Source: Mobula hypostoma
Lineage: Eukaryota
Reading direction: 5' to 3'
Assembly: GCF_963921235.1 (NCBI RefSeq)
Contig: NC_086107.1
Location: 115,384,001 to 115,444,000 of the forward strand
Length of the DNA stretch: 60,000 nt
Shown here: piece by piece, positions 38,304-51,452 of the stretch
How positions within the stretch are numbered: position 1 is the first letter of the stretch
Layout: every line of letters begins with the position of its first letter
Notes under the pieces: generated by a model
Database searches by the model: none
What the model saw: only the letters and a program-made list of their open reading frames with translations
Told to the model about the DNA's origin: nothing
Translations under genes and position numbers: made by a program

Positions 38304-38387
38304 CACTTTATGCCTGACCGTGCGAGTGTATGACGGGATATTGTGAAGGGAGCCTCACCTCCTTCAGCCTCTCTCCACCTCTGGCAG

Positions 38388-38528
38388 GAGTGTCGGAGTA
38401 CCTCAGCACAGAGATCTCCACTTCGAAGCAGAAGAAGTTCAGCCTGGTCACGTTCATCGATACTCCAGGACTGGTCGATGGCGACATGAAGTACCCATTC
38501 GATGTGGACCAAGCTATCCTTTGGCTGG
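38388..38528 (+). CDS. EHD/dynamin-like NTPase, exon 5 (G3 FIDTPGL)
   Basis: VSEYLSTEISTSKQKKFSLVTFIDTPGLVDGDMKYPFDVDQAILWL; cag/gtgag boundaries. Confidence 0.95.
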
Positions 38529-38944
38529 GTGAGTGTCCAAGGCACCACAGGATGCTTCCCACCATGACTCCTCCTCTCCGTGAACCCCTCCCTAGTCTAC
38601 ATGGCTCCCCATCTCTGTGATGCCCTTACCTTCCTATCTCTGACCTCCTCCCTCCCCTACACCACTACAGGAGGGCTGCCTCAAGAAGGCAACGTCTGCC
38701 GTCAAAATCCCCACCATCTGGGCCACGCCCTCTTCCTGCACCTCCCATCGGGCGGGAGGTACAGAAGCCTGACGTCCCACACCACCAGGTTCAGGAACAG
38801 AGACTTCCCTTCAACCGTTCGGTTCTTGAACCAACAGCACAATCCAAGTCACTGTCCCCGAACGGAAACACCCTGACCACTTTGCACTAAAATAGACTTT
38901 GGTTTTAATTCTAAATGTGCTCTTTCTTGTAAGAATTGTCCACA

Positions 38945-39460
38945 GTTGGAGTATTTTGAGCAGTTTTGGGCTTCTTATCTAAGAAAGGATGTGTTGGCAT
39001 TGGAAAGGATTCAGAGGTGGTTCAGGGGAATTGTCCCAGAATGAAAGGGTCAATGTATATGGAGTGTTTGATGGCTCTGGACCTGTATTCACTGGTGTTT
39101 AGAAGGTTAAGTGAGGATTTGAACCTATCAGATATTGGAAGGCGTAGATAGAGAGGATATAGTGGGGGGAGTCCAGGACCACAGGGCACACCCTCAGAAC
39201 ACAAGAACATCCATTTACAACAGAGATGAGGAATTTTTCAGCCAGAGAGTATTAAATCCTCATTGAAAGTTCATTGATGGCTGTGGAGGCCAAGTCATTG
39301 AGTATATTTAAAGCAGAGGTTGAGATGTTCCTGATTAGTAGGGGCATCAAAGGTTACGGGGAGAAGGCAGAAGAAAGGGGTTGAGAGAGATAATAAATCA
39401 GCCATGATGGAGAGACTCGGTGAGCCGATTGGCCTAATTCTGCCCCTACATCTTATGGTC
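38945..39460 (+). mobile_element. CR1 3' fragment
   Basis: ttggagtatt..gagcagttttggg...; tcttatggtc tail. Confidence 0.8.
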
Positions 39461-39994
39461 CATTGCCCAATCACTGACGTTTATCCACGAGTTGAATCTC
39501 CGCTGGTTAGTTGATCCATGTTCTGCTTCAAGAAACCCTCTTGGACACATCCTATAGAGTTTGCCGCAGCTAAATTTTGCGTGTGAGGAGTTCCCAGCAC
39601 AAAATACTTGAATGAGAGTTTATAACACTGCAGTGTAACCTCTCAGCTCTTGAACAAACTGAGAGCATCGAGAGGAGAGAATTTTAGGAGAATTCCAACA
39701 CAAACCATGGCTGCCAATGACCATAGATTAATTACCTTTCTTTCCTGTCTTCCTCTCCCTCTTTCCTTTGCCTCCCCCATCCTCTCTTCCCCCTGCCTCC
39801 CCCACCCTCTCTTCCCCCTGCCTTCCCCATCCTCTCTCTCCACCGCCTCCCTCACACTGTCCCACCCAACATCCTCCTCCCTCTGTCCCCATCCAATACT
39901 CCCTCCCTTCCCATCTGAACTCCTTCTCTCCATCCATCCCTCGCCATCTTTCCCCGTCTTCCTCTTATCCCCTCACCAATCCCCCCACCCTCAG

Positions 39995-40155
39995 GGCAAC
40001 TGTGTGAGCTGGTGTTCGTTTTCTTCGACCCCATGGGTCAGGCACTGTGCAAGCGGACACTGAACATTGTGGAGCGGCTCAATGAGACCCAGGGGGACAA
40101 AATCCGATTCTACCTCAGCAAGGCCGACGAAGCAGGGATCGAGACCGACCGGCAG
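39995..40155 (+). CDS. EHD/dynamin-like NTPase, exon 6 (G4-like LSKAD)
   Basis: QLCELVFVFFDPMGQALCKRTLNIVERLNETQGDKIRFYLSKADEAGIETDRQ. Confidence 0.95.
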
Positions 40156-40350
40156 GTGGGGACGTGTGGCCCGAACCTTCCTCGACCGTCCGTCCTGTAG
40201 CTTCATACTTCCTGTTCCATTGGTTCTCCCAATGGCTCTGGGTAACCACAGTCCTTTCTGTTTCTGCTCCCCTCTCCTCCCTTTCGCACCCTTCCCTCCC
40301 CTCCCTCACCTTCCCCGCCCTTTCCACCTCACCCTTCCTCCCACGTACAG

Positions 40351-40449
40351 CGAGTGATGATGCAGATCGTCCAGGAACTGTGCAAACGGCCCGGTCTGAA
40401 CAAATGTGGCTTCGACATGCCCACCATCTACATCCCCCAATCCAACAAG
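40351..40449 (+). CDS. EHD/dynamin-like NTPase, exon 7: RVMMQIVQELCKRPGLNKCGFDMPTIYIPQSNK
   Basis: cag/gtgag boundaries; 99 nt, phase 0 to 0. Confidence 0.93.
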
Positions 40450-41012
40450 GTGAGGCTGGTCCCTCTCTGGGGAGCGCTGGGGTGTGGGGTGGTGTGAGAA
40501 ACAGAGAGAGAATGGAGACTTTAGTGTCAGGGACACAGGTATGCAGCTACACTGAAAATGTCTCAGCAGCAGCATCAGAGGTAGGTTCAGACCACACGCA
40601 AGACATCAAATATACATTCATTTTAGACATAAGTCACTGGATACCCAGAACAACACACAGATTAGGCAGGAGGAACTCAACAGGTCACCTGTGGAAAGAA
40701 ATAAACAGTTAAAATATTCAGACGAGTCTCTTCATCAGGACTGGAAAGGAAGGGGGAAGAAGGCAGAATAAGAAAGTGGAGTAGAGGAATACAAATTGGC
40801 AAACTTCAAAGATGAAAGTGAATTTATTATTGAAGTATGTACTGTAAATGTTACAATATTCCACTTTTATGAAAAGCTGTTGTATTTATGTACGGACAAT
40901 GAGTGACAAACAATCCTATCTATGTTCTCATCATTTTGTACACCTCGATAAGATCTCTGCTCATTCTCCTGCACACCAGGAAGTAAAGTCCAAACCTATT
41001 AGGACTTAATTA

Positions 41013-41300
41013 GGGCAGCACAGTAGCTTAGCAGTTAGTGTTACACTTTATAGTGCCGGCAATCGTGATCGGGGTTCAGTTCCCAACACAGTTTGCACGT
41101 TCTTCCCACGGCCGTGTGGGTGCCCTCCTCCTGCTGCAGTTTCCTCACTCCAGAGCCGTGCAGTGACGTTTTCTACATTGTGGATGCTATGTTGGTGCCA
41201 GAAGTGTGGTAACACTTGCAAACTGCCCCAGCACATCCCTTGGATCGTTGACACACACTACACATTTCGCTGTACATGTGACAAGTAAAGCTGATCTTGA
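41013..41300 (+). mobile_element. tRNA-derived V-SINE-like element
   Basis: A-box-like tagcttagcagttag, B-box-like ggttcagttcc, then a tttgcacgttcttcc core. Confidence 0.6.
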
Positions 41301-42399
41301 TCTTTTATCATATTTATTCAACCTCTCCCTATAAGTCAGGTCCTCAAATCCAAGCTAATTCTGTGTAATTCTCTTCACACACTTCCAGTCTCATTCATAT
41401 CTTTCCTATAAATAGGCGACCAGAACTGCACACAATACTCAAATTTGGTCACACCAACGCCCCTTGAGCAATTCAACATAAAATCCCAGCTGCTGCATTC
41501 AGTGCCCTGATTTATGAAGGCCAATGTGTCAAATCCTCCCTATCGATCTGTGACACAGCATTCAAGGCATTATCCAGATCTTCCTGTTCTACAGCACTCC
41601 TCAGTTCTCTACTGTTTGCTGTGTAAGTCCTACCCTGGTTTGTCCTCCAAAAGTGCAACACCGCCAATTTGTCTGCGTTAAATTCCATCTGCCATTTTCA
41701 GCCCATTTCCCAGCTGGTCCAAATCCCACTGCAAGCTTTGATAGTCTTCCTCACAGGCCAATACACCCCCACTATTGGAAAGGAAATTAATTATCAAAAG
41801 TTGTGTTCATTTTCTTGCACGCATTTATAGGCAAAAAGAAATGCAATAGAATTTTACAAAAATCAATGTGTGAACAGATGACAGACAAATAACCAATGTA
41901 CAGAAGTCAAACTGCGAATAGAAATTCTAAAGATCTCCATAGATGCTGACAGGCTCGCTGAGTTCCTCCAGCATTTTGTGTGTGTGTGTTATACCAACAT
42001 TATACATGACAGAAAACTGTATGAGACATCAAAGGGTATGGGGTGAAAGCAGGGGAGTGGGGATGACTGGAAGAATTGGATAAGCCCATGACTGAACGGT
42101 GGAACAGACTCGATGGGCCGAATGGCCTACTTCTACTCCTATACCTTATGGTCTTATGAGACATTGGTGAGAGTGCTGTTGGAGTACTATGTGCATTTTC
42201 TGTTTGCCAAGCTATAGGAAGGGTGTGATTAAGCAGGAGAGATTAGAGAAAGATTCATGGGGGATTGAGTTATGAGAGACTGACAGGCAGCGGCTGAGAA
42301 TAGAGCTGTTGGATTACAAGCAGAGGCAGTGTGTATTGAGACTGTCAGGGAAGACAGGCAGACGATGGGGCACAATTGGAGTCAGTGAGATGAGTTGCA

Positions 42400-44940
42400 G
42401 TGGAAAAGGAAGACAAAATCAAAAAGGGTGATGGATACAAGACTGAAGGTGTATTTAAATGCACACAGTATAACAGAATAAAGTAGATGATCATGTAGCG
42501 TAGTTAGAGATTGGCAGGTATAACGTTATGGACATCACTGAGTTGTGGCTGAAAGAAGATTGTAATTGGGAGATCAATATCCAAGGATAAACTTTGTATT
42601 GAAACAACAGGCAGATGGGCAGGGCGTGGGGTGGCTCTGATGGTAAAATGTAAAATCAAATCCTTAGGAGGAGGTGACATAGGATCAGAAGATGTAGAAT
42701 CCTTGCGGGGGAGTTTAGGCGAAGGATGAAAAGATCTGGATGAGAGTTATGTTTAGGCCTCTGAACAGCAGCATAACATATGGGCTACAAATTACAATGG
42801 GAGATAGAAAAGACAAGTGAAAAGGACAATGCTACAATAGTCATGGGGGGTTTCAATATGCGGGTAGATTGGAAAAAGCAGGTTGGTGCTGGATCCCAAG
42901 AGAGGGATTTTATAGAATGCCTGCGAGAAGTCTTTTCAGAACAGCTCGTGGTTGAGCCCACTAGGGGATCAGCTATTTCAGATTGGGCGTTGTGTGATGA
43001 ACTGGATTTGATTTAGGGTGCTTAAGGTCAAGGAACTCTTGGGGGCAGTGATCATAATATGATAGAATTCACCCTGTAATTTGACAGCGTGAAGCTAAAG
43101 TCAGATATATCAGTATTACATTGGAGTAAGGGAAATTATAAAGGCATGAGAGAGGAGCTGGCTAAAGTTGATTGGAAGGGTACGCTAGCAGGGATGATGG
43201 CAGAGCAACAATGGCTGGAGTTTCTGGGAAGAATTCGGAAGGCGCAGGATGGATGCATCCCAAAGAGGAAGAAGTTTTCTAAAGGCAGGGTGACGCAACC
43301 TTAGCTGACAAGGAAAGTCAAGCCAACACAAAAGCAGAAGAAAGAGCACATCATAGAGCAAAAATTAGTGGCAAGTTTGAGGATTGGGAAGCTTTTAAAA
43401 ACTATCAGAAGGCAACCAAAAAAGCCATAATGGGCAAAAAGGTGAAATATGAAGTTAAGCTAGCCAACGATATCAAAGAGGATACCAAAAGTTTTTTCAG
43501 ATATATTAAGAGTAAGAGAGAGGTGAGAGTAGATATTGGACCACTGGAAAAATGATGCTCGAGAGGAAGTAATGGGGGAACAAGCAAATGGCAGATGAAC
43601 TGAATAAGTATTTTGCATGAGTCCTCACTGTAGAAGACACTAGCAATATTCCTGAAGTTCGAGAGAGTTAGGGTGCAGAAGTGAGTGCAGTTGCTATTAC
43701 TGGGGAGAAGGTACTTGGGAAACTGAAAAGTCTGAAAGCTGGTAAGTCACCTGGACCAGTTGGACTACACCCCAGGGCTCTGAAAGAGGTAGCTGAAGAG
43801 ATTGTGGGGGGATTAGTAATAATCTTTCAGTAATTACTAGATTTTGGAATGGTACCAGAGGACTGGAAAATTAAAAATGTCACTCCACTCTTCAAGAAGG
43901 GAGGAGTACAGAAAAAATAAATAAATTATAGGCTAGCTACCCTGACCTTAGTGGTTGGGAAGATGTTGGAATCAATTGTAGGCGTCCTGATAAAACAGGC
44001 CAAAGTCAACATAGTTTCCTTAAAGGAAATTTTTACCTGACAAATCTTTTGGAATTCTTTAAGGAAATAACAAGCAGGATAGACAAAGGTGAATCAGTGG
44101 ATGTTGTGTACTTGGATTTTCAGAGGACCTTTGATAAGTTGCTGTAAATAAGGTTGTTTAACAAGATAAGAGCGCATGGTATTACAGGAAAGATACTAGC
44201 ATGGGATAGAGCATTAGTTGGTTGGCAGGAGTAAAGAGTGGGAATAAAGGGAGCCTTCTCTAATTGGCTGTTGGTGACCAGTGGTGGTCCGCGGAGGACA
44301 GTGCTTGGACTGATTCTTTTTACGCTCTGTGTCAATGATTTGGATCTTGGAATTGATGGCTTTGTAGCCAGATTTGCGGACAATACAAAGATAAGTGCAG
44401 GGCAGGTAGTTTTGAGGAAATAGGGAGGCTACAGAAGGAGCTGGACAGACTAGGAGAACGAGCAAAGTGGCAGATGAAATAATGTCAGGAAGTGTGAGGT
44501 CATGCATCTTGGTAGAAGGAATAAAAACACTGAATATTTTCTAAACAGAAAATTCAAAAATCCAAGGAACAAAGAGACTCAAGAGTCCTTCTGTAGGATT
44601 CCCTAAAGCTTAATTTGCAGGTTGGGTTGGTCCTGAGGAAGGCAAATGCAAAGCTGGCGCTCATTTCAAGAGGACTGGAATATAAAAACAAGGATGTAAC
44701 GTTAAGGCTCATAAGGCACTGTTCTCATTTGGAGTACTGTGATCAATTTTGTGACCAGTTCTTACTTAAGAAAAGATGTGCTGATATTAGAGAGAGTTCA
44801 AAGGAGGTTCACAAAAATGATTCTGGGAAGAAAGGACATATCGTATGAGGAGCGATTGATGAATCTGGGCCTTTACTCGGCGGAATTTAGAAAAATGAGG
44901 GGGATCTCATTGAAATCTACTGAATGTTGGAAGGTCTAGA
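42400..44940 (+). mobile_element. Long degenerate CR1 ORF2 (APE endonuclease plus RT)
   Basis: IVMGGFN; VVEPTRG; SDH; KSPGP.GLHPR; VTSGGPR..VLG; ARFADNTK; many stop codons. Confidence 0.9.
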
Positions 44941-44944
44941 TCGC

Positions 44945-45810
44945 AACACACACAGAATGCTGGAGGAACTCAGCAGGACAGCTGTATCTATGGAAATAAG
45001 TACTGCAGGCATTTTGGGCTGAGACCCTTCAGCAAGACTGGAGAAAAAAAGAGTAAAGTTAAAAGGGGAAGGAAAGAAGAAACACAAGGTGATAGGTGAA
45101 ACCGGGAGGGGGAGGGGTGAAATAGTGAGCTGAGAAGTTGATTGGTGAAAAAGGTACAGGGCTAAGAAGGGGGATTGTAGTAGAGGACAGAAGTCCCTGG
45201 GGAAAAGAAAAGGGGGGAGGAGCACCAGAGATAGGCAGGCAAGGAGATAAGGTGAGAGAGGGAAAAGGGAATGAGGAATGGTGAAAGTAGTGGGGGGCAT
45301 GAGTAGAGGTTAGAGAAGTCAATGTTCATGCCATCAGATTGGAGGCTACCCAGACGGAATATAAAGTGTTGTGCCTCCAACTCGAGTGTGGCCTGGTCAC
45401 GACAGTATGGGAGGCCATGGACAGACATATCAGAAGAGTGATGAGGCCTACTCAGACTGGAGCAATTGAGGCCACACTCAGGTTGGAGGAACAACACCTT
45501 GTATTCCGTCTGGGTAGCCTCCAACCTGATGGCACGAACATTGATTTCTCAAACTTCCTGTAAGTTTTTTGATTTCCCCATTCTGAGTGTCTGTTACCTC
45601 CCTCTGTTGTTGCTCCTCTTTCTTCCTCTTCTCACGTGGCCCTTTCTAATCAGTTTCCCTCTTCTTAAGCCATTTACCTTTTGCGCCGATCACTTCCCAG
45701 ATTCTCACACCATCCCCCTCTCCCCTACCCGCCACCTTCTCTTTCTGGTCTCACCTTTCACCTGCTAGATTGTACTACTCCTCCTTCCCCACCTTCTTAT
45801 GCTGGCTCCT
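44945..45810. mobile_element. Penelope-like element fragments in inverted arrangement
   Basis: EEQHLVFRLGSLQPDGTNIDFSNF (GIY-YIG C-terminal type) on + at 45469-45550 and on - at 45312-45394. Confidence 0.7.
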
Positions 45811-46174
45811 CAGTCTTGACTGAAACAGCGGCTGCCAACGCGTCCTTCCTTAGATAAGAGACCCAAGACTGCTCACAATACTCTGAATATGGTCTGACAA
45901 ATGCTTTATGAAGCATTGACATCACATCCTTTCCCCAGTGAGAAATGGTACATGGTCTCCCGATGTCCCTTCCTGGCGTCCGCCTTTCGCTCTTGGGTTC
46001 GGTTTCTGTTGAGTGTGAGCTGTACAGTCTGACAAGACAGGAACAAGCAATCAGGCCAACCTGTCCATGCAGCCTAGGTTCCTGTCTGAGCTGGTCCCAC
46101 TCAAAAGAGGCGGTGTGGAGTTTGTGTGTGAGGTGCCTGCCATACTAGCTTAACCCTCTCTGACCCACCTTCAG

Positions 46175-46320
46175 CCCAGTCGGTGTGTGAATCAGATTGA
46201 TGAGGTCTGTCGCACCATCGAAAAGGCCATCAGCCAGACGGTGCAGAAGACCCTGAACCAGCTGGAGCGCGATTGTCTTCTCCTCACCAGCACGGTGGAC
46301 CAGAGGCTACAGGAGGACAG
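46175..46320 (+). CDS. EHD/dynamin-like NTPase, exon 8 (helical): PSRCVNQIDEVCRTIEKAISQTVQKTLNQLERDCLLLTSTVDQRLQED
   Basis: cag/gtgag boundaries; phases fit. Confidence 0.92.
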
Positions 46321-47321
46321 GTGAGTTGCTCCTCCCTCTCGTTTACCCAGCTGGCTTTCTTTTTCCCTCCTGTCTCCCCATCCAGTATCTCTCTTCTCAT
46401 CTGCTGTTTCCCCATCTGGTTTCTGTTTTCTCCTCTCTCAGACCAGAATCCATTTCCCTCTTCCATTTCCACATCCACTTTCTCTTTCTCCTTTGCCATT
46501 TCCCTGTCTAGTTTCTGGTTTCCCCTCTCCCATCTCCCCATCTGTTTTTTGTCTGGTTCCAGCTGGTGTCCGTTTCCCTGGCTGAATTCCACGACCCACC
46601 TCCTGTCTCCCCAGTTTTCATTTTTCATCCTCCTAGACTGGTTTCCACGTCCCCCTCCCCAGCTTCCTGGCTGCTCTCTGTCTTCCCCCTTCCCGACTTC
46701 TCTCCAACTTCTTCCTTCCCAGCTGGTTTCCATTTCTTCCCTCCTCCCCACTGCCACCTTCCTGCCTGCTTTCGATCAGATTCTGCCCCCCCCCACTCCA
46801 AATCTCTGTCTGGTTTCCATTTCTCCTGTCCCAACTGATATCTAGTCCTCTTCCCACCTCTCTGCCTGGTTTCCATTTCCATTTCTGTTTCCCTTCTCCT
46901 GGCTATATTCTGTCTGTTTTTTCTCATCACTTTAGCTGGTTTCAGTTTACATTTCCCTTTCCTGTCTGGTTTTTGTTTCCTCTGTCATGGCCAATTTCCA
47001 TTTCCATTGTCTTCTGCTGCCCAGCTTCTGTCTCCCACCTCCTCAGATGGTTTCTGTTCCCATTTCTCCTTTACTGGCTAGTTTCTATTTTCCTTGTCCT
47101 GGAGGTTTCTATCTCTGCTCTCCCATCTCCTCAATTTGCTTCCATTTCCCTTTACCCTTTCCTGTCTGGTTTCTGTTTCCCCGTACCACCGGGTTTCCAT
47201 CTCCCTGGCAGGTTTCCATTACTGTTTACCCTCTTCCCCACCCAGTTTATGATTCCCCTCTTCCATCTCCCTTACTGGTTTCTATCCCATCTCCCTGACA
47301 ATTTCTCACTCTCCTTTCCAG

Positions 47322-47493
47322 TCTGGCCAGTGTCCGCAACCGGAGAGCCCAGACCAAGGGCTGCCTGCTGGGATTTCTAGGTCTGCTGGTGCCCACCTTC
47401 CTGTTTGTCAGCGTGGTGCTGGGAAGTATGTCCACAGAGGTGGCCGGTATCCTGCTGGGCGAACAAGGGACCCAGACATTACAAGTTTACATG
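47322..47493 (+). CDS. EHD/dynamin-like NTPase, exon 9 (hydrophobic helix 1: CLLGFLGLLVPTFLFVSVVLG)
   Basis: cag/gtgag boundaries; phase 2 to 0. Confidence 0.9.
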
Positions 47494-48098
47494 GTGAGTC
47501 TAGAGGCTGCCATGGGATTGGCCAAGTCAGCAGTGTCCCTGAATGGGATTGGACTAGGATGGGATGGGAAGGGATTGGATGGAGCAGTCGGGGTGGGGTG
47601 GGTCGGTCTGTGATATGATTGGATGGAACATGGGCTGGGAGGAGATGAGGATTGGATGGAATACAAGTTGGTGGGAAGGGGATTGTACAGGGCTTGGAGT
47701 GGAATTGAGCAATCGGGATTGGTCAGAGCAAGGATGGGCTGGGAAAAGATTGCACGAGACAGGGTTGGGATGGGAAGGGATCGAATGAGGTGAGGTGGAC
47801 TAGGAGACAATTCAACTGGGCTTTTGTGAACTGTCAAGAGATTGAAACAGGACAGAATGAGCTGGGAGGGGGCAGTCAGGAGAGGATTGGGCAGGATGGG
47901 TGTGAAGGTTGAACCAGGAGTGCTAGAGCAGGAGGGAGTTGGACAGGAGTGGGCTGGGAGAGGCTTGGGCAGGACAGGGGCCGTAAACTGAGCGGGGAAG
48001 GTACTGGACAGGGACGGAATTGGACATCACTGGCCAACATTGACCCACTCTCTCTCTCTGGTTCTCTGTTCCCACCACAACATCCTTCCCCACCTCAG

Positions 48099-48211
48099 AG
48101 TCCTGTCTCAACTTTCTGGGCCCTGATTCCCCGGGACAAGGTAATCTACGTCCTGCTGGCGCTCGCCCTGCTCTCCCTAGGACTACTGCTGTCGGCCCAC
48201 AGCTCCTTCCG
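48099..48211 (+). CDS. EHD/dynamin-like NTPase, exon 10 (hydrophobic helix 2: VIYVLLALALLSLGLLLSA)
   Basis: cag/gtggg boundaries; phase 0 to 2. Confidence 0.88.
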
Positions 48212-48400
48212 GTGGGTTCAGGGTGGGGTGGAGGGGTACAGGATTTGAGGATGGGGGAGAGTGGGGGGGATGGAGGAAGGGGAGCGGAGGGAGGGATGGG
48301 TGGGAGGGAGAGGGAGCATGGGGGCGAAAAAGGGGGACAGATGGTGGATGAGGAGGGAGGACGAAGGAGGGAGGTGATCGAAGGAAGTAGGTGTGACGAG

Positions 48401-49225
48401 TGTTACGTACCCCGTAACTGGGTTGCCAAACCAGCAGAAATGGACCACTCGTTGGAGTCTGGTTTACTAAATAATAAAGTTTTATTAAAGAAATAAGTAA
48501 CACAGTACTCTAATCGTAAGGATATAAATGCAACAGGTTAGCAATGGTAAAGCATACATGTACACAGAACTAGGATAATAGGAATCAACCAAGCTCTATT
48601 GCAGTCTAGGGGTAAAATGATCAGTCTTAAGTGACGCAGAGTTCAGTTCAGCTTAGTAGAGTTCGCAGTAATCGCTGTTGTGCCGTTGGAGAGAGAGAGA
48701 GGGAGGGGGATGCAATTTGATTCAGCCAGACCTTTGATGTCTTCGCAGTTGGATTCGGGCAGGCCCTTTTATGTCTTCTATCCCGCTGTGGTCACTGACT
48801 GTGACCCCTCCGTTCCGGATACGATCATTCTTCCGTGGTGAACCCGGCACCCAGGCAAGGGCGGACACACGCACCAGGTTCCCACCCATCGTACCTTTAA
48901 ACCCTGTGAGCCTCTGGTCGGTTCCCGCGAACCGGACCTCCAAACTCGCACCAACTTGTGGGGGCACACCACTCTTCCAGGGTCTCATGATCTTGTGGTG
49001 TGTCGCGTGCCTTAGCGAACCTGCTCTTTTTATCCCCCTGCTGGGGTATTACCTGTCCATCAAACTTCAAACAGTTCAGGTTCAAAGTAACCGGTCTGTC
49101 AATATCTGAATTGTGTTTCTTTTCTGTTATCTCTCTCTCCTCCATCAAACATGTTGAACGTTTCTCCATTTGTCTCCCTTATCCTCATCAGCATCAATCT
49201 TCTGATAACTTGGTTTGTCGTCACA
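48401..49225 (-). mobile_element. Solo LTR, 825 bp
   Basis: TGTTACG...CGTCACA termini; perfect 4-bp TSD CGAG (48397-48400 and 49226-49229); minus-strand TATA-like and AATAAA signals. Confidence 0.85.
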
Positions 49226-49359
49226 CGAGGAAGGGGGAGCGGAGGAGTGAGGAAAAGGGAAATAGTGGTCAAGGGAGGGATTGAGGAGGGTCAAGGGAAA
49301 GTAGGGGTGGGGGTAACGGAGAGAGACAAAAGTGAAGAAGTGACAGAGAACTTCTGACT

Positions 49360-51357
49360 GCCCTCCCCTCCCCGCCTCTCCTTCCCCTCCCCTCCTCTCC
49401 TTCCCCTCCCCTCCTCTCCTTCCCCTCCCCTCCTCTCCTTCCCCTCTCCTTCTCTCCTTCCCCTCTCTTTCTCTCCTTCCCGTCCCCGCCTCTCCTTCCC
49501 CTCCCCGCCTCTCCTTCCCCTCCCCGTCTCTCCTTCCTCTCCCCGCCTATCCTGCCTACTCCCCGCCTCTCCTGCCCCTCCCCGCCTCTCCTTCCCCTCC
49601 CTGTCTCTCCTGCCCCTCCCCTCCTCTCCTTCCCCTCACCTCCTCTCCTGCCCCTCCCCTCCTCTCCTTCCCCTCCCCTCCTCTCCTTCCCCTCCCTGTC
49701 TCTCCTGCCTGTCCCCGCCTCTCCTTCCCCTCCCCTCCTCTCCTTCCCCTCCCCTCCTCTCCTTCCCCTCCCCTCCTCTCCTTCCCCTTCCCGTCTCTCC
49801 TTCCCCTTCCCGTCTCTCCTTCCCCTTCCCGTCTCTCCTTCCCTTCCCCATCTCTCCTTCCCCTCCCCTCCTCTCCTTCCCCTCCCCTCCTCTCCTTCCC
49901 CTCCCCTCCTCTCCTTCCCCTCCCCGTCTCTCCTTCCTCTCCCCGCCTCTCCTGCCCACTCCCCGCCTCTCCTTCCCCTCCCCGTCTCTCCTTCCTCTCC
50001 CCGCCTCTCCTTCCCCTCCCCGCCTCTCCTTCCCCTCCCCGCCTCTCCTTCCCGTCCCTGTCTCTCCTTCCCCTCCCCGTCTCTCCTTCCCCTCCCCGCC
50101 TCTCCTGCCCCTCCCCCTTTCCTTCCCCTCCCTGCCTCTCCTGCCCCTCCCTTCCTCTCCTTCCCCTCCCCGTCTCTCCTTCCTCTCCCCGCCTCTCCTT
50201 CCCGTCCCCATCTCTCCTTCCCCTCCCCTCCTCTCCTTCCCCTCCCCGCCTCTCCTTCCCCTCCCCGTCTCTCCTTCCCCTCCCCGTCTCTCCTTCCCCT
50301 CCCCGCCTCTCCTTCCCCTCCCCATCTCGCCTTCCCCTCCCCTCCTCTCCTTCCCCTCCCCTCCTCTCCTTCCCCTCCCCTCCTCTCCTTCCCCTCCCCA
50401 TCTCTCCTTCCCCTCCCCTCCTCTCCTTCCCCTCCCCATCTCTCCTTCCCCTCCCCGCTTCTCCTTCCCCTCCCCGTCTCTCCTTCCTCTCCCCGCCTCT
50501 CCTTCCCCTCCCCTCCTCTCCTTCCCCTCCCCGTCTCTCCTTCCCCTCCCCTCCTCTCCTTCCCCTCCCCGTCTCTCCTTCCCCTCCCCGTCTCTCCTTC
50601 CCCTCCCCGTCTCTCCTTCCTCTCCCCGCTTCTCCTTCCCCTCCCCGCCTCTCCTTCCCCTCCCCATCTCTCCTTCCCCTCCCCATCTCTCCTTCCCCTC
50701 CCCTCCTCTCCTTCCCCTCCCCATCTCTCCTTCCCCTCTCCTCCTCTCCTTCCCCTCCCCTCCCGTCCCTCCCATCCTCTCCTTCCCCTCCCCTCCTCTC
50801 CTTCCCCTCCCATCCTCTCCTTCCCTTCCCCTCCTCTCCTTCCCCTCCCCTTCTCTCCTTCCCCTCCCCGCTTCTCCTTCCCCTCCCCGTCTCTCCTTCC
50901 CCTCCCCTCCTCTCCTTCCCCTCCCCGCCTCTCCTTCCCCTCCCCATCTCTCCTTCCCCTCCCCTCCTCTCCTTCCCCTCCCCTCCCGCCCCTCCCATCC
51001 TCTCCTTCCCCTCCCCTCCTCTCCTTCCCCTCCCATCCTCTCCTTCCCCTCCCCTCCTCTCCTTCCCCTCCCCATCTCTCCTTCCCCTCCCCTCCTCTCC
51101 TTCCCCTCCCCTCCTCTCCTTCCCCTCCCCATCTCTCCTTCCCCTCCCCTCCTCTCCTTCCCCTCCCCTCCTCTCCTTCCCCTCCCCATCTCTCCTTCCC
51201 CTCCCCTCCTCTCCTTCCCCTCCCCTCCTCTCCTTCCCCTCCCCATCTCTCCTTCCCCTCCCCGCCTCTCCTTCCCCTCCCCGTCTCTCCTTCCCCTCCC
51301 CGCCTCTCCTTCCCCTCCCCTCCTCTCCTTCCCGTCCCCGTCTCTCCTTCCCCTCCC
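49360..51357. repeat. ~2-kb 18-bp polypyrimidine minisatellite (ctctccttcccctccccN)
   Basis: Direct inspection; explains the 641-746 aa G/R/E ORFs. Confidence 0.97.
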
Positions 51358-51367
51358 ACCCCTGCAG

Positions 51368-51452
51368 GACAACCAGAACCCTGAGTAGGAGGCAGAGGAG
51401 GCAACTGCTGGCAGAGCGAGAGTTCGTACAGGACGTGGTGAGGGAAAGGAAG
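51368..51452 (+). CDS. EHD/dynamin-like NTPase, exon 11: TTRTLSRRQRRQLLAEREFVQDVVRERK
   Basis: cag/gtgag boundaries; phase 2 to 0. Confidence 0.88.
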
